NCBI RefSeq assembly: GCF_000039765.1 | Contig: NC_004459.3 | Coordinates: 1,680,001-1,712,000 of the forward strand | Reading direction: 5' to 3' | Source of the DNA: Vibrio vulnificus CMCP6 | GTDB lineage: Bacteria > Pseudomonadota > Gammaproteobacteria > Enterobacterales > Vibrionaceae | DNA length: 32,000 nucleotides | Part shown: one piece after another, positions 18,899 through 29,624 of the stretch | How positions within the stretch are numbered: position 1 is the first letter of the stretch | Layout of the letters: every line of letters begins with the position of its first letter | Notes under the pieces: model-generated | Told to the model about the DNA's origin: nothing | The model's database searches: none | The model's input: the letters and a program-made list of their open reading frames with translations, nothing else | Translations under genes and position numbers: made by a program

Positions 18899-19912
18899 TT
18901 ATTGCCATTGACGATGATAAGCGCCGAGCGTGGTTTGTGTCCCTTCGGAGACATTCGCCAGTGCGGCATTCCAAGCCTCTTCCACTTGGTAGGCTTGCGG
19001 ATTCGCTTGGTAACGATCAATCGCCGCACGCCAAGTTCGAGTCACTTGCTCGACATAGGCAGGGCTACGCTGACGGCCTTCGATTTTTACCGAGGCGACA
19101 TTGGCGGCAAACAGTTCAGGCAGCAACGACAGCGTGTTGAGACTGGTTGGCTCTTCTAGTGCGTGGTAGCGTTTGGATTCCCCCTCTATGTGGGTATCAA
19201 AGCGGCCTTTACAGAGAGTCGGATAGCCTGCGTTCTCACCATGACCGTATTTGTCGATCAAAATGTTGTTGAGACGTGACTCTAACCCCGTTGGTGTTTC
19301 TTGCCAGCGCACATATTTGGCGGGTGAGCAAGCGCCGACGGTATTGGGAGACTCTCCCGTTAAATAGGAAGACAAGTAGCAGCGGCCTTCTGACATGATG
19401 CACAAGCTACCAAAGGCAAAAACCTCCAACTCTACCCCTTGTGGGATATTACGTGACAGTTGCTTCACTTGATGAATCGACAATACGCGCGGTAGTACAA
19501 CGCGTTTAACATTGAAATTCTGCTGATAAAACTCGACCGCTGCGACATTGGTGGCCGAGGCTTGAACCGATAAATGCAGTTCAAGGTGAGGGTATTTTCG
19601 TGCTGCATACTCTAACACAGCGATGTCGGCAACGATCAGAGCATCGATACCCAATGCCGCCGCCATATCGACCGCATTTGTCCAACGCTCAAAGCCATCT
19701 GGATGCGCAAACGTGTTCAAGGCGACGTGAATTTTTTTCTGGTGATCGTGGACGTATTGAACCGCTTTCTCGAGTTTTTTCCCGCTGAAGTTCAGTCCAG
19801 CGAAATGACGGGCATTTGTATCATCTTTAAAGCCGATATACACCGCATCGGCACCGCAGTCGATGGCGGTTTTCAGAGCAGGAAGATTACCTGCTGGACA
19901 AAGGAGTTCCAT
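18899..19912 (-). CDS. ubiU: U32-family protein UbiU (O2-independent ubiquinone biosynthesis)
   Basis: [42 protein letters not shown]...; [41 protein letters not shown]. Confidence 0.92.
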   Translation of the reverse strand: MELLCPAGNLPALKTAIDCGADAVYIGFKDDTNARHFAGLNFSGKKLEKAVQYVHDHQKKIHVALNTFAHPDGFERWTNAVDMAAALGIDALIVADIAVLEYAARKYPHLELHLSVQASATNVAAVEFYQQNFNVKRVVLPRVLSIHQVKQLSRNIPQGVELEVFAFGSLCIMSEGRCYLSSYLTGESPNTVGACSPAKYVRWQETPTGLESRLNNILIDKYGHGENAGYPTLCKGRFDTHIEGESKRYHALEEPTSLNTLSLLPELFAANVASVKIEGRQRSPAYVEQVTRTWRAAIDRYQANPQAYQVEEAWNAALANVSEGTQTTLGAYHRQWQ

Positions 19913-20038
19913 ATGCTCACTACAAATTGAGACGAAAAGGGTGTGGGCATTTTATGAAGGAATATGAATAGCAGAATTGATGTAAGTTAGGTTTGGCGCA
20001 ATAAATTGAGATTTACCTCTTTTGGAGAGGGGAGAAGG

Positions 20039-22081
20039 TCAGTTTTTATGGCGACGATTTTGTGCAAATAGTTCTTCTATCTCATGTTTAGGCTGGGGGC
20101 GATGGAAATGGAACCCCTGGATCGAGTGACAACGCAAATTCGACAGGAGTGCCGCTTGTTGATGAGTTTCTACCCCTTCGGCCACGACGGTGAGATTGAG
20201 AGATTTGCCGAGATTAATGATGTTTTCAATCACCGTGACCTGCTTCGGTAAAACGTCAATGTCATTGATAAACGCGCGGTCGATCTTCAGTTCATCAATC
20301 GGGAAGCGGGCTAAATACGCCAGTGAGGAATAACCGGTACCAAAGTCATCGATGGAGAGTGAGAAGCCCAGTTTCTTAATCGCGTTGAGCATCTGAATGG
20401 TGTGGTCACTGTCACTCATTACCGCACTTTCAGTCAGCTCGAAAGTGATGCAGTTAGGGTCTAACTCCGTGGTTCTCAGGAGTTTTTCCATAAAGTCGAT
20501 CAACTGAGGGTTGCCAAATTGCTCTGGCGATAAGTTAATCGCAACGCGACCAGGCAGAATTCCTTGGAGTTTCCAGCGTTTGACCGTGTTGAATACATCC
20601 CGCATGACCACACGACCTAAGTGCTCAATCAGGCCTGCTTTTTCAGCGACAGGAATGAAGGCCGCAGGGCTAATGTATCCTTCGACAGGGTGCTTCCAGC
20701 GTACTAACGCTTCGGCGCCATTAATGCTGAAGTCACGCGCATTAACTTTCGGCTGGTACCACACTTCAAGGCCATTTTGCTGTAGCGCTTTTTGCAGTTC
20801 GATCTCCAACCAAAGGCGCATACGCGCTTCTTTGTTCATCTGGTCATTAAACTTGATGAGACGGTTACGGCCGCGATCTTTGGCTTCGTACATCGCGGTA
20901 TCGGCATTTTGCAGCAGCACACGTGCATCTTGGCCATCTTCAGGATAACGAACACTGCCGATAGAACAGGCAAGGCGCTTGCTGAAATGGTGTAAATCAA
21001 ATGGCTGATTAATTAAGGAGATGATGCGCTCAGAGAGCAACTCGGCCATGCGGTTGTTTTCCGGCTCAGGCAAGATGACGCCAAACTCATCGCCCCCGAG
21101 ATGACCAATCACCGAGTGTTGTGGCAACAGTCGTTTCAGACGAGCTGCCACTTCAAGAATCACTTTGTCACCAATGTGGTGGCCCAGCGAGTCATTGATG
21201 TTTTTGAAGTTATCGATATCGAGATAAAACAACAACAAGGGGGTTTGGCTCTTAATCAACTGCTCCAGACGTTTGGTAAAACCGAAGCGGTTGTAGAGCT
21301 TCGTCAGGGAATCGATATGAATATCATCGCTGTTTTTCACCGAAAGATGTTTTGGCGTTTCATCAGCGTCTTGGATCAAGATGATTTGAGATTGGTTGCC
21401 CAGCACGGTGGTGAAATCTGCATGCAACTGAACGCGGCGCTCAAAGCCACAACGTGCACTGGTCATACAGACAAACGCTTTTTCGGAAAGCAGTGAGCAG
21501 AGTTTATGGCTAAACACCATCTTGCTCTTCTCATCCATAAATAATCGACTGAGCTCTTCGCCAAGCAAGTCATGCTGCGAATTGAAACCAAGCAGCCTAG
21601 CCGCAGCGGGGTTTGCTGAGAGAATGGTGTCTTCTTCCACCAGCAGTAAACCATCGGGCAGTAGTTGCGTTAAACGAGAAAACTTGGTTTCTGACTCTTC
21701 TAGGGATTTGACGAGAATGTGTTTTTCAGAGGTATCAATCGCTTGAAAAAGAAGGTGAGAAATCTGTTCACCATCTTCCACAGGGGACAAACTAAAATGC
21801 AAACTGGTTTCAAGATCGGTTTCATCGAGGGTGATTTCGGCCTCAATACTTTCACCGAGCAGAGCTCGGTCGTAGTAAGGCTTTAGCTTTTGGTAAAAGT
21901 TGTCACCTAAAATTTGTGCATCATTCATCCCTATTAGCTCTTCCTGAGCTAACCCCGCAACGTCGCAATAACGTTCATTCACCAAGCAATAGTTATGTTG
22001 CTTATCAAGAATAGCGAAGAAAAAAGGGCTATTAGAAGTCAGTTTATTAAACCAATGGTGCATTTGCTTGGAAGGCATCAA
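20039..22081 (-). CDS. PAS/GGDEF/EAL domain protein, probable c-di-GMP turnover enzyme
   Basis: PAS-like N-terminus (FFAILDKQHNYCLVNERYCDVAG), HLGGDEFGVIL, EALVRWKHP, ELTESAVM, SIDDFGTGYSSLAYL. The start may be either of the first two Met codons. Confidence 0.93.
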   Translation of the reverse strand: MMPSKQMHHWFNKLTSNSPFFFAILDKQHNYCLVNERYCDVAGLAQEELIGMNDAQILGDNFYQKLKPYYDRALLGESIEAEITLDETDLETSLHFSLSPVEDGEQISHLLFQAIDTSEKHILVKSLEESETKFSRLTQLLPDGLLLVEEDTILSANPAAARLLGFNSQHDLLGEELSRLFMDEKSKMVFSHKLCSLLSEKAFVCMTSARCGFERRVQLHADFTTVLGNQSQIILIQDADETPKHLSVKNSDDIHIDSLTKLYNRFGFTKRLEQLIKSQTPLLLFYLDIDNFKNINDSLGHHIGDKVILEVAARLKRLLPQHSVIGHLGGDEFGVILPEPENNRMAELLSERIISLINQPFDLHHFSKRLACSIGSVRYPEDGQDARVLLQNADTAMYEAKDRGRNRLIKFNDQMNKEARMRLWLEIELQKALQQNGLEVWYQPKVNARDFSINGAEALVRWKHPVEGYISPAAFIPVAEKAGLIEHLGRVVMRDVFNTVKRWKLQGILPGRVAINLSPEQFGNPQLIDFMEKLLRTTELDPNCITFELTESAVMSDSDHTIQMLNAIKKLGFSLSIDDFGTGYSSLAYLARFPIDELKIDRAFINDIDVLPKQVTVIENIINLGKSLNLTVVAEGVETHQQAALLSNLRCHSIQGFHFHRPQPKHEIEELFAQNRRHKN

Positions 22082-22345
22082 AGTACTACCCGTCTCCAGA
22101 GAGCGTAATTAATCGTCCATGTCATGAAATCGCTGAAACGCAATCACTATAACTGTGATAATAGCGTTATTAAAGGCTTTATCAGTACAAGTGTGACAAT
22201 ATTTCATTCAAGGTCAAAAAAACGTCGCTGATTGTTATTATTTTAAACAACGCGATATGAAATCGTTTTTTGACGCACAACAGTAATTCATCACATGCTA
22301 TCAACTAAGATAGTCGCATTTATGACAAAGTAACGGAAAATAAGC

Positions 22346-22873
22346 GTGATAAACAAGATTCGCAGTCAACTAGTTCAAAATGCCGCATCAATTTTGCGAT
22401 CTCCAGTCCAGTTATTGCCTCAAATTGTACATAAAAAAGTCTTGCTTGAAGGGCTCAAATTGGTCTTCAAAGAAGCTTTAGAAGATGGCGATTTTGAATT
22501 TTTGGAAGATAAGTGGTTGAAGGTAGAGGTGAAAGATCTCAAGCTGCATTGGTTCATAAGTTATCAAAATGATCAACTTGTTATTGCCGAACAACCTGTT
22601 TCGGAAGATGTGTGCTTCTCAGGCAATTTAAATGACTTAGTGCTGATTGCTGGCAGAAAAGAAGATCCGGATACGCTATTTTTCCAACGTCGTTTGACGA
22701 TTGAAGGCGACACCGAGCTTGGCCTAGAGGTTAAAAACCTAATGGACAGCGTTGATTTGGAGCAATTGCCAAAAGCCATGCAGTTGGCGCTAAATCAGTT
22801 AGCAGATTTTGTTCATAAAGGAGTACAATCGCCTCAAACACAAATTGGGGTAACAAATGCTTATTCGAACTGA
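22346..22873 (+). CDS. ubiT: SCP2-domain protein UbiT (YhbT)
   Basis: MINKIRSQLVQNAASILRSPVQLLPQIVHKKVLLEGLKLVFKEAL...GDTELGLEVKNLMDSVDLEQLP; near ubiUV. Confidence 0.9.
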   Translation: MINKIRSQLVQNAASILRSPVQLLPQIVHKKVLLEGLKLVFKEALEDGDFEFLEDKWLKVEVKDLKLHWFISYQNDQLVIAEQPVSEDVCFSGNLNDLVLIAGRKEDPDTLFFQRRLTIEGDTELGLEVKNLMDSVDLEQLPKAMQLALNQLADFVHKGVQSPQTQIGVTNAYSN

Positions 22874-23360
22874 AGCACCGGCCGATATATTGGTTATCGA
22901 TAGTCTGCTAAAACAGGTATTTCCAACAGACGCGGAAGCCAACTTGGTCATGACACTAAGAGAGAATGGTCGTCTGACACTGTCGTTGGTGGCTTGTACT
23001 GACGAAGGGGAAGTGGTTGGCCATGTCATGTTTACGCCGATGACGTTGAATGGCGAAGAAAATGGCTGGCAGGGGCTTGCGCCACTGGCGGTCAAAGCGG
23101 AATATCAAAAGCAAGGCATCGCCGCATCGTTAGTCAAAGAAGGCTTAACTTCGCTGTTGGAGTTTGGTTATCCAGCGTGTTTTGTCTTGGGTGACCCTCA
23201 GTACTATCAGCGTTTTGGTTTTACTGCCGCCAGCGAGATGGGCTTTGAGTGCCAATGGCCAGTGCCAGAAGGTGCGTTTCAAGCGTTTGCCATGGCGGCG
23301 GGTGAGTTTGATGCCAAACAAGGGCGAGTGGAATACGCGCCAGAGTTCGCTGCTCTTTGA
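22857..23360 (+). CDS. yhbS: GNAT-family N-acetyltransferase, YhbS-like
   Basis: GWQGLAPLAVKAEYQKQGIAASLVKEGLTSLLEFGYPACFVLGDPQYYQRFGF; overlaps the ubiT 3' end by 17 bp. Confidence 0.88.
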   Translation: MLIRTEAPADILVIDSLLKQVFPTDAEANLVMTLRENGRLTLSLVACTDEGEVVGHVMFTPMTLNGEENGWQGLAPLAVKAEYQKQGIAASLVKEGLTSLLEFGYPACFVLGDPQYYQRFGFTAASEMGFECQWPVPEGAFQAFAMAAGEFDAKQGRVEYAPEFAAL

Positions 23361-23398
23361 TGGAATCGGCTTTGTTGCTGATTCAATGAATGATCCTT

Positions 23399-23422
23399 AA
23401 CTTAGGTGCTCTATCCTAAGTT
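23399..23422. terminator. Possible terminator stem-loop after yhbS
   Basis: AACTTAGG-tgctctat-CCTAAGTT; weak T tract. Confidence 0.4.
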
Positions 23423-23501
23423 GAGGTGAATTCCCCAATCTCGTTATTACTTTCTTGGGCTTTTTTGTTAGTATGCCGCGGTATCTTTGAGTAACGAAAC
23501 G

Positions 23502-23903
23502 ATGACTGAAAACGAAAAGTTGTATTTACAGGAAATGGGTATTTCGCTTTGGCAATTGCATCATCCAGAACGGATGATGGGCTATGAAATGCCAACCTTT
23601 TCCCTGCCTGAAGAGTGCCAGTTACTGTTGATCGCACCGAGTTGCCCCATTTCGCAAACGGCACTATTTTTTGAAAAAGTGCTTAAAAGCATGCAACTTG
23701 AATTGTCTCAAGCAAGGCACATTACCCCAGAGCAATTAAGCACGCTCGAACCACATTCTTTGCAATGGGTTTGGTTTGCGGGCTGTCCTGTTCAACCTCT
23801 TCCTATGGTAGCTAAAGTGCTCCAATCGCCAGAGTTGGCTCAAATTGATGGTCATAATGAGCATCGTCGTGCGCTGTGGCAACAGATCCGTTCTTATGAG
23901 TAA
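23502..23903 (+). CDS. holD: DNA polymerase III psi subunit
   Basis: MTENEKLYLQEMGISLWQLHHPERMMGYEMPTFSLPEECQLLLIAP...; located immediately upstream of rimI. Start trimmed to the ATG. Confidence 0.85.
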   Translation: MTENEKLYLQEMGISLWQLHHPERMMGYEMPTFSLPEECQLLLIAPSCPISQTALFFEKVLKSMQLELSQARHITPEQLSTLEPHSLQWVWFAGCPVQPLPMVAKVLQSPELAQIDGHNEHRRALWQQIRSYE

Positions 23904-23909
23904 TCCAAT

Positions 23910-24362
23910 ATGAGTTGTATGATCGTTCCTATGTCTCAGGAGCACCTTGAGGCTGTTTACCATATTGAAGGTCGTGCACATTCGCACCCTTGGGCAGAGA
24001 GCTTGGTGAAGGATCTCTCCAGTCGCGGTGCGATGCATCGTGTATTGCTGGTGGATGGCGAAGTAGTCGGCTATTTCTATGCACAAAACATCGTTGGCGA
24101 GCTCACCTTACTTAACATCGCAGTGTGCCCCAAACAACAAGGCAAAGGCTATGGCCGCCAGTTGTTAGACGCATTTATTGATGAAGGTGAAGCGGCAAAC
24201 GCGGAAAGTGCGTGGTTAGAAGTGCGTGAGAGCAATGTGAACGCCATTCATCTCTATCAAGAGATGGGTTTTAACGAAGTGGATCGTCGCCGCAATTACT
24301 ATCCTACTCAGTCAGGGAAGGAAGACGCGATCATTATGAGTTACTTATTTGGTTGCTTTTAA
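23910..24362 (+). CDS. rimI: Ribosomal protein S18 alanine N-acetyltransferase
   Basis: EGRAHSHPWAESLVKDLSSRG...GELTLLNIAVCPKQQGKGYGRQLLDAFI...WLEVRESNVNAIHLYQEMGFNEVDRRRNYYP. Confidence 0.93.
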   Translation: MSCMIVPMSQEHLEAVYHIEGRAHSHPWAESLVKDLSSRGAMHRVLLVDGEVVGYFYAQNIVGELTLLNIAVCPKQQGKGYGRQLLDAFIDEGEAANAESAWLEVRESNVNAIHLYQEMGFNEVDRRRNYYPTQSGKEDAIIMSYLFGCF

Positions 24363-26397
24363 CTTTGCTTGAATGACTCTCTTGGTGCTGACGGCTTTCA
24401 CGTAATTTCTGCGTGATCATCTCCACAGGGAGCGGCTTGCCAAAGAGATACCCCTGAAATTGTTCACAACCGAGTTCGACCAATGTGTTGAACTCTTCTT
24501 CTGTTTCTACCCCTTCGGCAATGACTTCTAAACTTAAGCGCTCAGCAATCATAATGATCGTTGAAACAATGGCTTGGTCGCTTTGATCAAGATGCAACTG
24601 AGTGACAAAGGAGCGGTCAATTTTCAGTACGTCCACCGCTAGATGTTTGAGATAGCGGAGTGAGGAATAACCGGTGCCAAAGTCATCGATCGAGATTTTG
24701 AGATCCAGTTCTTTTAGCTCTGCCATTTTATTGATCGCGCTTTCGACGTTTTCCAATAGCAAGCTCTCAGTGATCTCCAATTCAATATGCTCACCCGTGA
24801 TATTGGCTTGTTTTAATGCATGAGTGATGTGTTCGACAAAGGCATTTTTAGAGAACTGCAATGGGCTAATGTTGATGGCAAGTCGATGGAACGTTTCAGG
24901 CAAAACTTGTTCTTTTTTCCACTGAGCGTATTGAAAACACGCTTGCTCAATAATCCAATCACCAATTTGCAGAATTTGCCCCGTTTCCTCTGCTATGGGC
25001 ATAAAGACTCCGGGAGGAAGCACGCCTTTTTCTGGATGGTTCCAACGGATGAGGGCTTCCACTCCGATAATTTGTTGCTGTGCGTTGACCTGAGGTTGGT
25101 AGTAAAGCTCAAGTTGCCCTTTGTGCAGTGCTTCATGCAGCCCTTTCTCTATCTCCAAAAAAGACTCCACTTGCGCCTGCATTTCTGGTTCATAAAACAT
25201 GTATTTATTGCGTCCGGCGACTTTGGCGCGATAGAGCGCCGTATCGGCCTGACGGAGCACATCAATGCTCGAGATGCCTTTGTCTGCAAACGTGGAAATA
25301 CCAATACTGACCGTGCAATACAGTTGGTGATCGTCAATGGAATAAGGGTTTGAGATCAAGGTGAGCAACTGCTTCGCTTTGTTGGCGGCATCTTCTTTAT
25401 TGAGTTTCGGGATCAAAATGGCGAACTCATCCCCACCAATGCGTGCGGCAATTTCTCCGGGTTGTAGCCATGCTTCTAGGCGTTTCGCAATGGTGCGCAT
25501 TAAGTTGTCACCAATGGTATGCCCTAGGGAGTCGTTAATGGTTTTGAAACGGTCGAGGTCGAGATAAAACAGTACTCCTGGGTATTGCTCGCTTTGTGAC
25601 TCTTTAAGGGTTTCATTGAGGCTTTTTAGCAGCAAGCTGCGGTTGGCTAAGCCTGTTAGGGTATCGAAGTAAGCCAATTGGTTGAGCTGACTTTCTGCTG
25701 CCGCGCGCGCTTGCCAGAGATTGTGAAATGAAAGCGCGAGTCGACCCAGTTCATCATTGTTGTTACCGGGAGGCAGTTCCAAGGCATTTTTTCGATTTTG
25801 CAGCGAATTCACCCAATTAATCAGCGTGATAATGGGCTTTGATAGCTTAAAGTAAAAGAAAAACAACAAGATAGAGGTGAGTAATATATTGCGAAACAGA
25901 TCGAACAAGACAATTCGAGTTGATTTCTTAATAAAGGCATCGGCGATGCTAGAGCCATCAACCGAGAAACTCAATTCACCAACAATTGCATTGGCGTTGG
26001 GTTGATGCAGTTCTGTTTTGTAAAACGGTTGAGCGGGGGTCAGTATTTTAGACAACAGCTGAGTCGTTAGGCTCTGAGAATCAATTTCACGGTGCTTTTG
26101 GGTCAGCACGTCTCCAAAATCGTCGACGATTTTTACTCGGTAGATGGCATTGTCCATCATTAGGGTCGAGGCAACCTGCTCGGCGAGCAGATGATTCAGA
26201 TGATATGCGGCTTGGCTGGCATTGGAATAGTTTTGCAGCAGCTTAAACTGGTAGTGCTCTTCAATACGGCGTTGCTCTTGGTGCAGATCAGCCAAAATGT
26301 GGTACAAGCTGAAACACAGTCCCAATACAACGGAAACCAGAAAAACGGTTCTGGCTTGCTTGAAAGCTAATGAATGCACTTTTTTGTTTCTAAGCAT
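24334..26397 (-). CDS. Membrane GGDEF/EAL domain protein (HAMP-like segment after the second transmembrane helix)
   Basis: Two N-terminal hydrophobic segments, IGGDEFAIL, EALIRWNHPEKG, ELEITESLL, SIDDFGTGYSSLRYL. Confidence 0.93.
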   Translation of the reverse strand: MLRNKKVHSLAFKQARTVFLVSVVLGLCFSLYHILADLHQEQRRIEEHYQFKLLQNYSNASQAAYHLNHLLAEQVASTLMMDNAIYRVKIVDDFGDVLTQKHREIDSQSLTTQLLSKILTPAQPFYKTELHQPNANAIVGELSFSVDGSSIADAFIKKSTRIVLFDLFRNILLTSILLFFFYFKLSKPIITLINWVNSLQNRKNALELPPGNNNDELGRLALSFHNLWQARAAAESQLNQLAYFDTLTGLANRSLLLKSLNETLKESQSEQYPGVLFYLDLDRFKTINDSLGHTIGDNLMRTIAKRLEAWLQPGEIAARIGGDEFAILIPKLNKEDAANKAKQLLTLISNPYSIDDHQLYCTVSIGISTFADKGISSIDVLRQADTALYRAKVAGRNKYMFYEPEMQAQVESFLEIEKGLHEALHKGQLELYYQPQVNAQQQIIGVEALIRWNHPEKGVLPPGVFMPIAEETGQILQIGDWIIEQACFQYAQWKKEQVLPETFHRLAINISPLQFSKNAFVEHITHALKQANITGEHIELEITESLLLENVESAINKMAELKELDLKISIDDFGTGYSSLRYLKHLAVDVLKIDRSFVTQLHLDQSDQAIVSTIIMIAERLSLEVIAEGVETEEEFNTLVELGCEQFQGYLFGKPLPVEMITQKLRESRQHQESHSSKVKSNQISNS

Positions 26398-26683
26398 ACT
26401 GATGACCGCAGTGAATTACTCTTTTAGTTATAGACGATATTTACCGTTTGGTTAATTCTCAACCTGAAATTAAGAATCAGTGCTGTTTCTCTAAGTTTGT
26501 GTCGAGTGTGCTGTATTATCATTGAGACAGAATGCAAACATCTCGGCTTTTTCGACGAGGAAATGGGATCACTTTGTATGCTTAATGATACTCGAGTAAA
26601 TATTTATTGAGACGTAATGCGAAATCTTGAAAGGAATTCGAGAGCATTACAACGTCAGTAGTGGGGATGTAGGATGGTGAACC

Positions 26684-27772
26684 ATGATGAACTTGAACGA
26701 AAAACCTTTCAACGCTCCCAACGCTTTGCTGGATCCAAACAGCGCACAAAAAGTACTTCAGTTAGTGGTGGTGTTAACGCTACTGACCTTTATTCCTCTC
26801 GCAATAAAGAATTTCTACATTGGTCACTGGTATCTTGCACTGCTGATGGTGGCCTTTGAGATCGGTTTTATTATCGAAGTCGTCGGGATTTGTTGCTTAA
26901 AACGAAGTGTGATTGGCCATCGTATCCCCCTTGGCTTTTTGTTGGCTTCGATTGTTTGCAGTGTGGCCATTTTTGGCACATTGGCGACCTATTGGGTATT
27001 TCCGATCATCATCGCTTTGGTGTTTATCATTCCTCACCATGACGCCATTGTGACTAATGTGCTGATGATTATTGGCTGCACTTGGGCTGCGGCGATGAAG
27101 CAAGACCTCGAGATTATGTATCGTTTTGCCATTGCCTTGGCATTTTGCGCTGTCATTGCCCATTTTGCCGTGTGGTTGATTGTTCGGTTACAGAGCAAGC
27201 TGCGTTATCTCTCGACACGCGATGTGATGACTGGGGCACTGAATCGACATCAATTGGATCTGTTTTTGCAGCGAGCACTTGATGGTCACAAGCGATACAC
27301 TGCCTCATCCATTGCAATCATCGATATTGATTTTTTTAAGCAGGTCAATGACCGTTATGGTCATGATGTCGGTGATGAGGTGATCAATTTAGTTGTCGAG
27401 ACGATTCAGCACAATACGCGGGAAGTGGATCTGCTGTTTCGCTTAGGAGGCGATGAATTTCTGTTGCTGTTTGAAAACACTTCGGCCTCGTCTGCATTGT
27501 TGATTGTCAGCCACCTTTGCCAAAAAGTACGTAAGCAAGCCTACCCAAAGCACGCTAGTGTGACGTTGAGTGCAGGTATTGCGGAATGTCTGGAGGGGGA
27601 TGATGTTGAGTCGTGGTTGAAGCGAGCTGATGTTGCGCTGTATCAGAGCAAAGAGAATGGTCGGGATAGGGTGACGCTTTCCGAGCCGCACAATCTGCAT
27701 CGTCACACAAAAGAGGAGACTGATTGGCCCTCGTTTAGGCAAACGACAACCGGTGATCATGTCAGTCGTTAG
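26684..27772 (+). CDS. Membrane-anchored GGDEF diguanylate cyclase
   Basis: About 5-6 hydrophobic N-terminal helices; IDIDFFKQVNDRYGHDVGDEV and FRLGGDEFLLLFE. Confidence 0.9.
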   Translation: MMNLNEKPFNAPNALLDPNSAQKVLQLVVVLTLLTFIPLAIKNFYIGHWYLALLMVAFEIGFIIEVVGICCLKRSVIGHRIPLGFLLASIVCSVAIFGTLATYWVFPIIIALVFIIPHHDAIVTNVLMIIGCTWAAAMKQDLEIMYRFAIALAFCAVIAHFAVWLIVRLQSKLRYLSTRDVMTGALNRHQLDLFLQRALDGHKRYTASSIAIIDIDFFKQVNDRYGHDVGDEVINLVVETIQHNTREVDLLFRLGGDEFLLLFENTSASSALLIVSHLCQKVRKQAYPKHASVTLSAGIAECLEGDDVESWLKRADVALYQSKENGRDRVTLSEPHNLHRHTKEETDWPSFRQTTTGDHVSR

Positions 27773-27904
27773 GATCAAAGTTGCCGATTGGTCGAGAATA
27801 AGCGAGAATACCGCGCAAAATTGAATCTACTCAGGAATCTGGTTAGTCACCTCACATGACGTGCACCGATTTCCGGCTCAGATAAAACACAGAAGACCAG
27901 TTTC

Positions 27905-29494
27905 ATGTCAAATGCTCCTTTTTTAAGCGAAGTGTCTAAACGTAGAACGTTCGCGATCATCTCGCACCCAGATGCGGGTAAAACAACTATCACAGAAAAA
28001 GTCCTGCTTTTCGGACGTGCGATTCAAACCGCAGGTACAGTAAAAGGTCGTGGTTCTAGCCAGCACGCTAAGTCTGACTGGATGGAAATGGAAAAAGAAC
28101 GTGGTATCTCGGTGACAACATCGGTGATGCAGTTCCCGTACAACGATTGCTTAGTGAACCTACTCGATACTCCGGGGCACGAAGACTTCTCGGAAGATAC
28201 TTACCGTACGCTAACGGCGGTTGACTCGTGTTTGATGGTGATCGACGCCGCGAAAGGTGTTGAGGATCGTACTCGCAAGCTTATGGAAGTCACCCGTCTG
28301 CGTGATACGCCGATCGTGACCTTTATGAACAAATTGGACCGTGATATTCGCGATCCGATGGAACTGCTTGATGAAGTCGAGAGCGAGCTGAATATTGCTT
28401 GCGCCCCGGTTTCTTGGCCAATCGGTTGTGGTAAAGAGTTCAAAGGCGTTTATCACATCCATCGTGATGAGACCATTTTGTACTCAACGGGTCAGGGACA
28501 CACGATTCAAGAGCAGCGTATCATCAAAGGTCTTGATAACCCTGATTTGGATGCTGAGGTTGGTGCGGATCTCGCTGAGCAACTGCGTGAAGAGTTGGAA
28601 CTGGTTCTTGGTGCGTCTCACGAGTTTGATCAAGAGATGTTCCTAAAAGGTGAATTGACTCCGGTATTCTTTGGTACTGCATTGGGTAACTTTGGTGTTG
28701 ACCACATGCTTGATGGTTTGACAGATTGGGCGCCAGCGCCGCTACCGCGTCAAGCCAATGAACGTGCAGTGGAAGCCACTGAAGACAAGTTCACTGGTTT
28801 CGTCTTTAAGATTCAGGCGAACATGGATCCTAAGCACCGCGACCGTATCGCGTTTATGCGTATTGTGTCGGGCACGTATACTCAAGGCATGAAGATGAAT
28901 CACGTTCGCTTGGGTAAACAAGTGAACATTTCTGATGCCGTGACCTTCATGGCGGGCGATCGTTCTCGCGCGGAAGCTGCGTATGCTGGTGACATCATTG
29001 GTTTGCATAACCATGGCACTATCCAGATTGGTGACACCTTTACCCAAGGTGAATCGCTGAAGTTCTCTGGTATTCCAAACTTTGCGCCTGAGCTATTCCG
29101 TCGTATTCGTCTGCGCGATCCTCTGAAGCAAAAACAACTACTAAAAGGCCTTGTTCAGCTTTCAGAAGAAGGTGCAGTACAGGTATTCCGTCCTCTGCAG
29201 AACAACGATTTGATCGTGGGCGCAGTTGGTGTGCTTCAGTTTGATGTTGTTGTGGCGCGTTTGAAATCTGAATACAACGTAGAAGCGATTTACGAGAGTG
29301 TGAACGTAGCGACGGCACGTTGGGTTGAATGTGGTGATGCGAAGAAGCTAGACGAGTTCCAGCGTAAGAACCAAACTAACCTAGCACTGGATGGTGGCGA
29401 TAACTTAACGTACATTGCCCCAACCATGGTAAACCTCAATCTTGCCAAAGAGCGTTTCCCTGAAGTGGAATTCCGAGCGACTCGTGAACACTAA
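27905..29494 (+). CDS. prfC: Peptide chain release factor 3
   Basis: [70 protein letters not shown]. Confidence 0.98.
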   Translation: MSNAPFLSEVSKRRTFAIISHPDAGKTTITEKVLLFGRAIQTAGTVKGRGSSQHAKSDWMEMEKERGISVTTSVMQFPYNDCLVNLLDTPGHEDFSEDTYRTLTAVDSCLMVIDAAKGVEDRTRKLMEVTRLRDTPIVTFMNKLDRDIRDPMELLDEVESELNIACAPVSWPIGCGKEFKGVYHIHRDETILYSTGQGHTIQEQRIIKGLDNPDLDAEVGADLAEQLREELELVLGASHEFDQEMFLKGELTPVFFGTALGNFGVDHMLDGLTDWAPAPLPRQANERAVEATEDKFTGFVFKIQANMDPKHRDRIAFMRIVSGTYTQGMKMNHVRLGKQVNISDAVTFMAGDRSRAEAAYAGDIIGLHNHGTIQIGDTFTQGESLKFSGIPNFAPELFRRIRLRDPLKQKQLLKGLVQLSEEGAVQVFRPLQNNDLIVGAVGVLQFDVVVARLKSEYNVEAIYESVNVATARWVECGDAKKLDEFQRKNQTNLALDGGDNLTYIAPTMVNLNLAKERFPEVEFRATREH

Positions 29495-29535
29495 TCACGC
29501 TAATGTGCGCGTTTGGTTCGCATAATCTGTTTGCT

Positions 29536-29570
29536 AAGAGCCCTAAGTTTGTCGCTTAGGGCTCTTTTTT
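29536..29570 (+). terminator. Rho-independent terminator after prfC
   Basis: AAGAGCCCTAAG-tttgtcg-CTTAGGGCTCTTTTTT, 12-bp perfect stem. Confidence 0.92.
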
Positions 29571-29624
29571 ATCTGCGGTAAAAGACGATAATGAAAGGGC
29601 AATCATCACAGTAAGGAAGTGCAC

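Noticed and set aside
22082-22345. FNR-type box upstream of ubiT
   Set aside because: Only partial TTGAT/ATCAA half sites were found; not good enough to claim.
26397-26683. Long intergenic region upstream of the GGDEF gene considered as a riboswitch or sRNA
   Set aside because: No recognisable conserved core (for example GEMM-type c-di-GMP) and no convincing terminator-linked stem found by eye.
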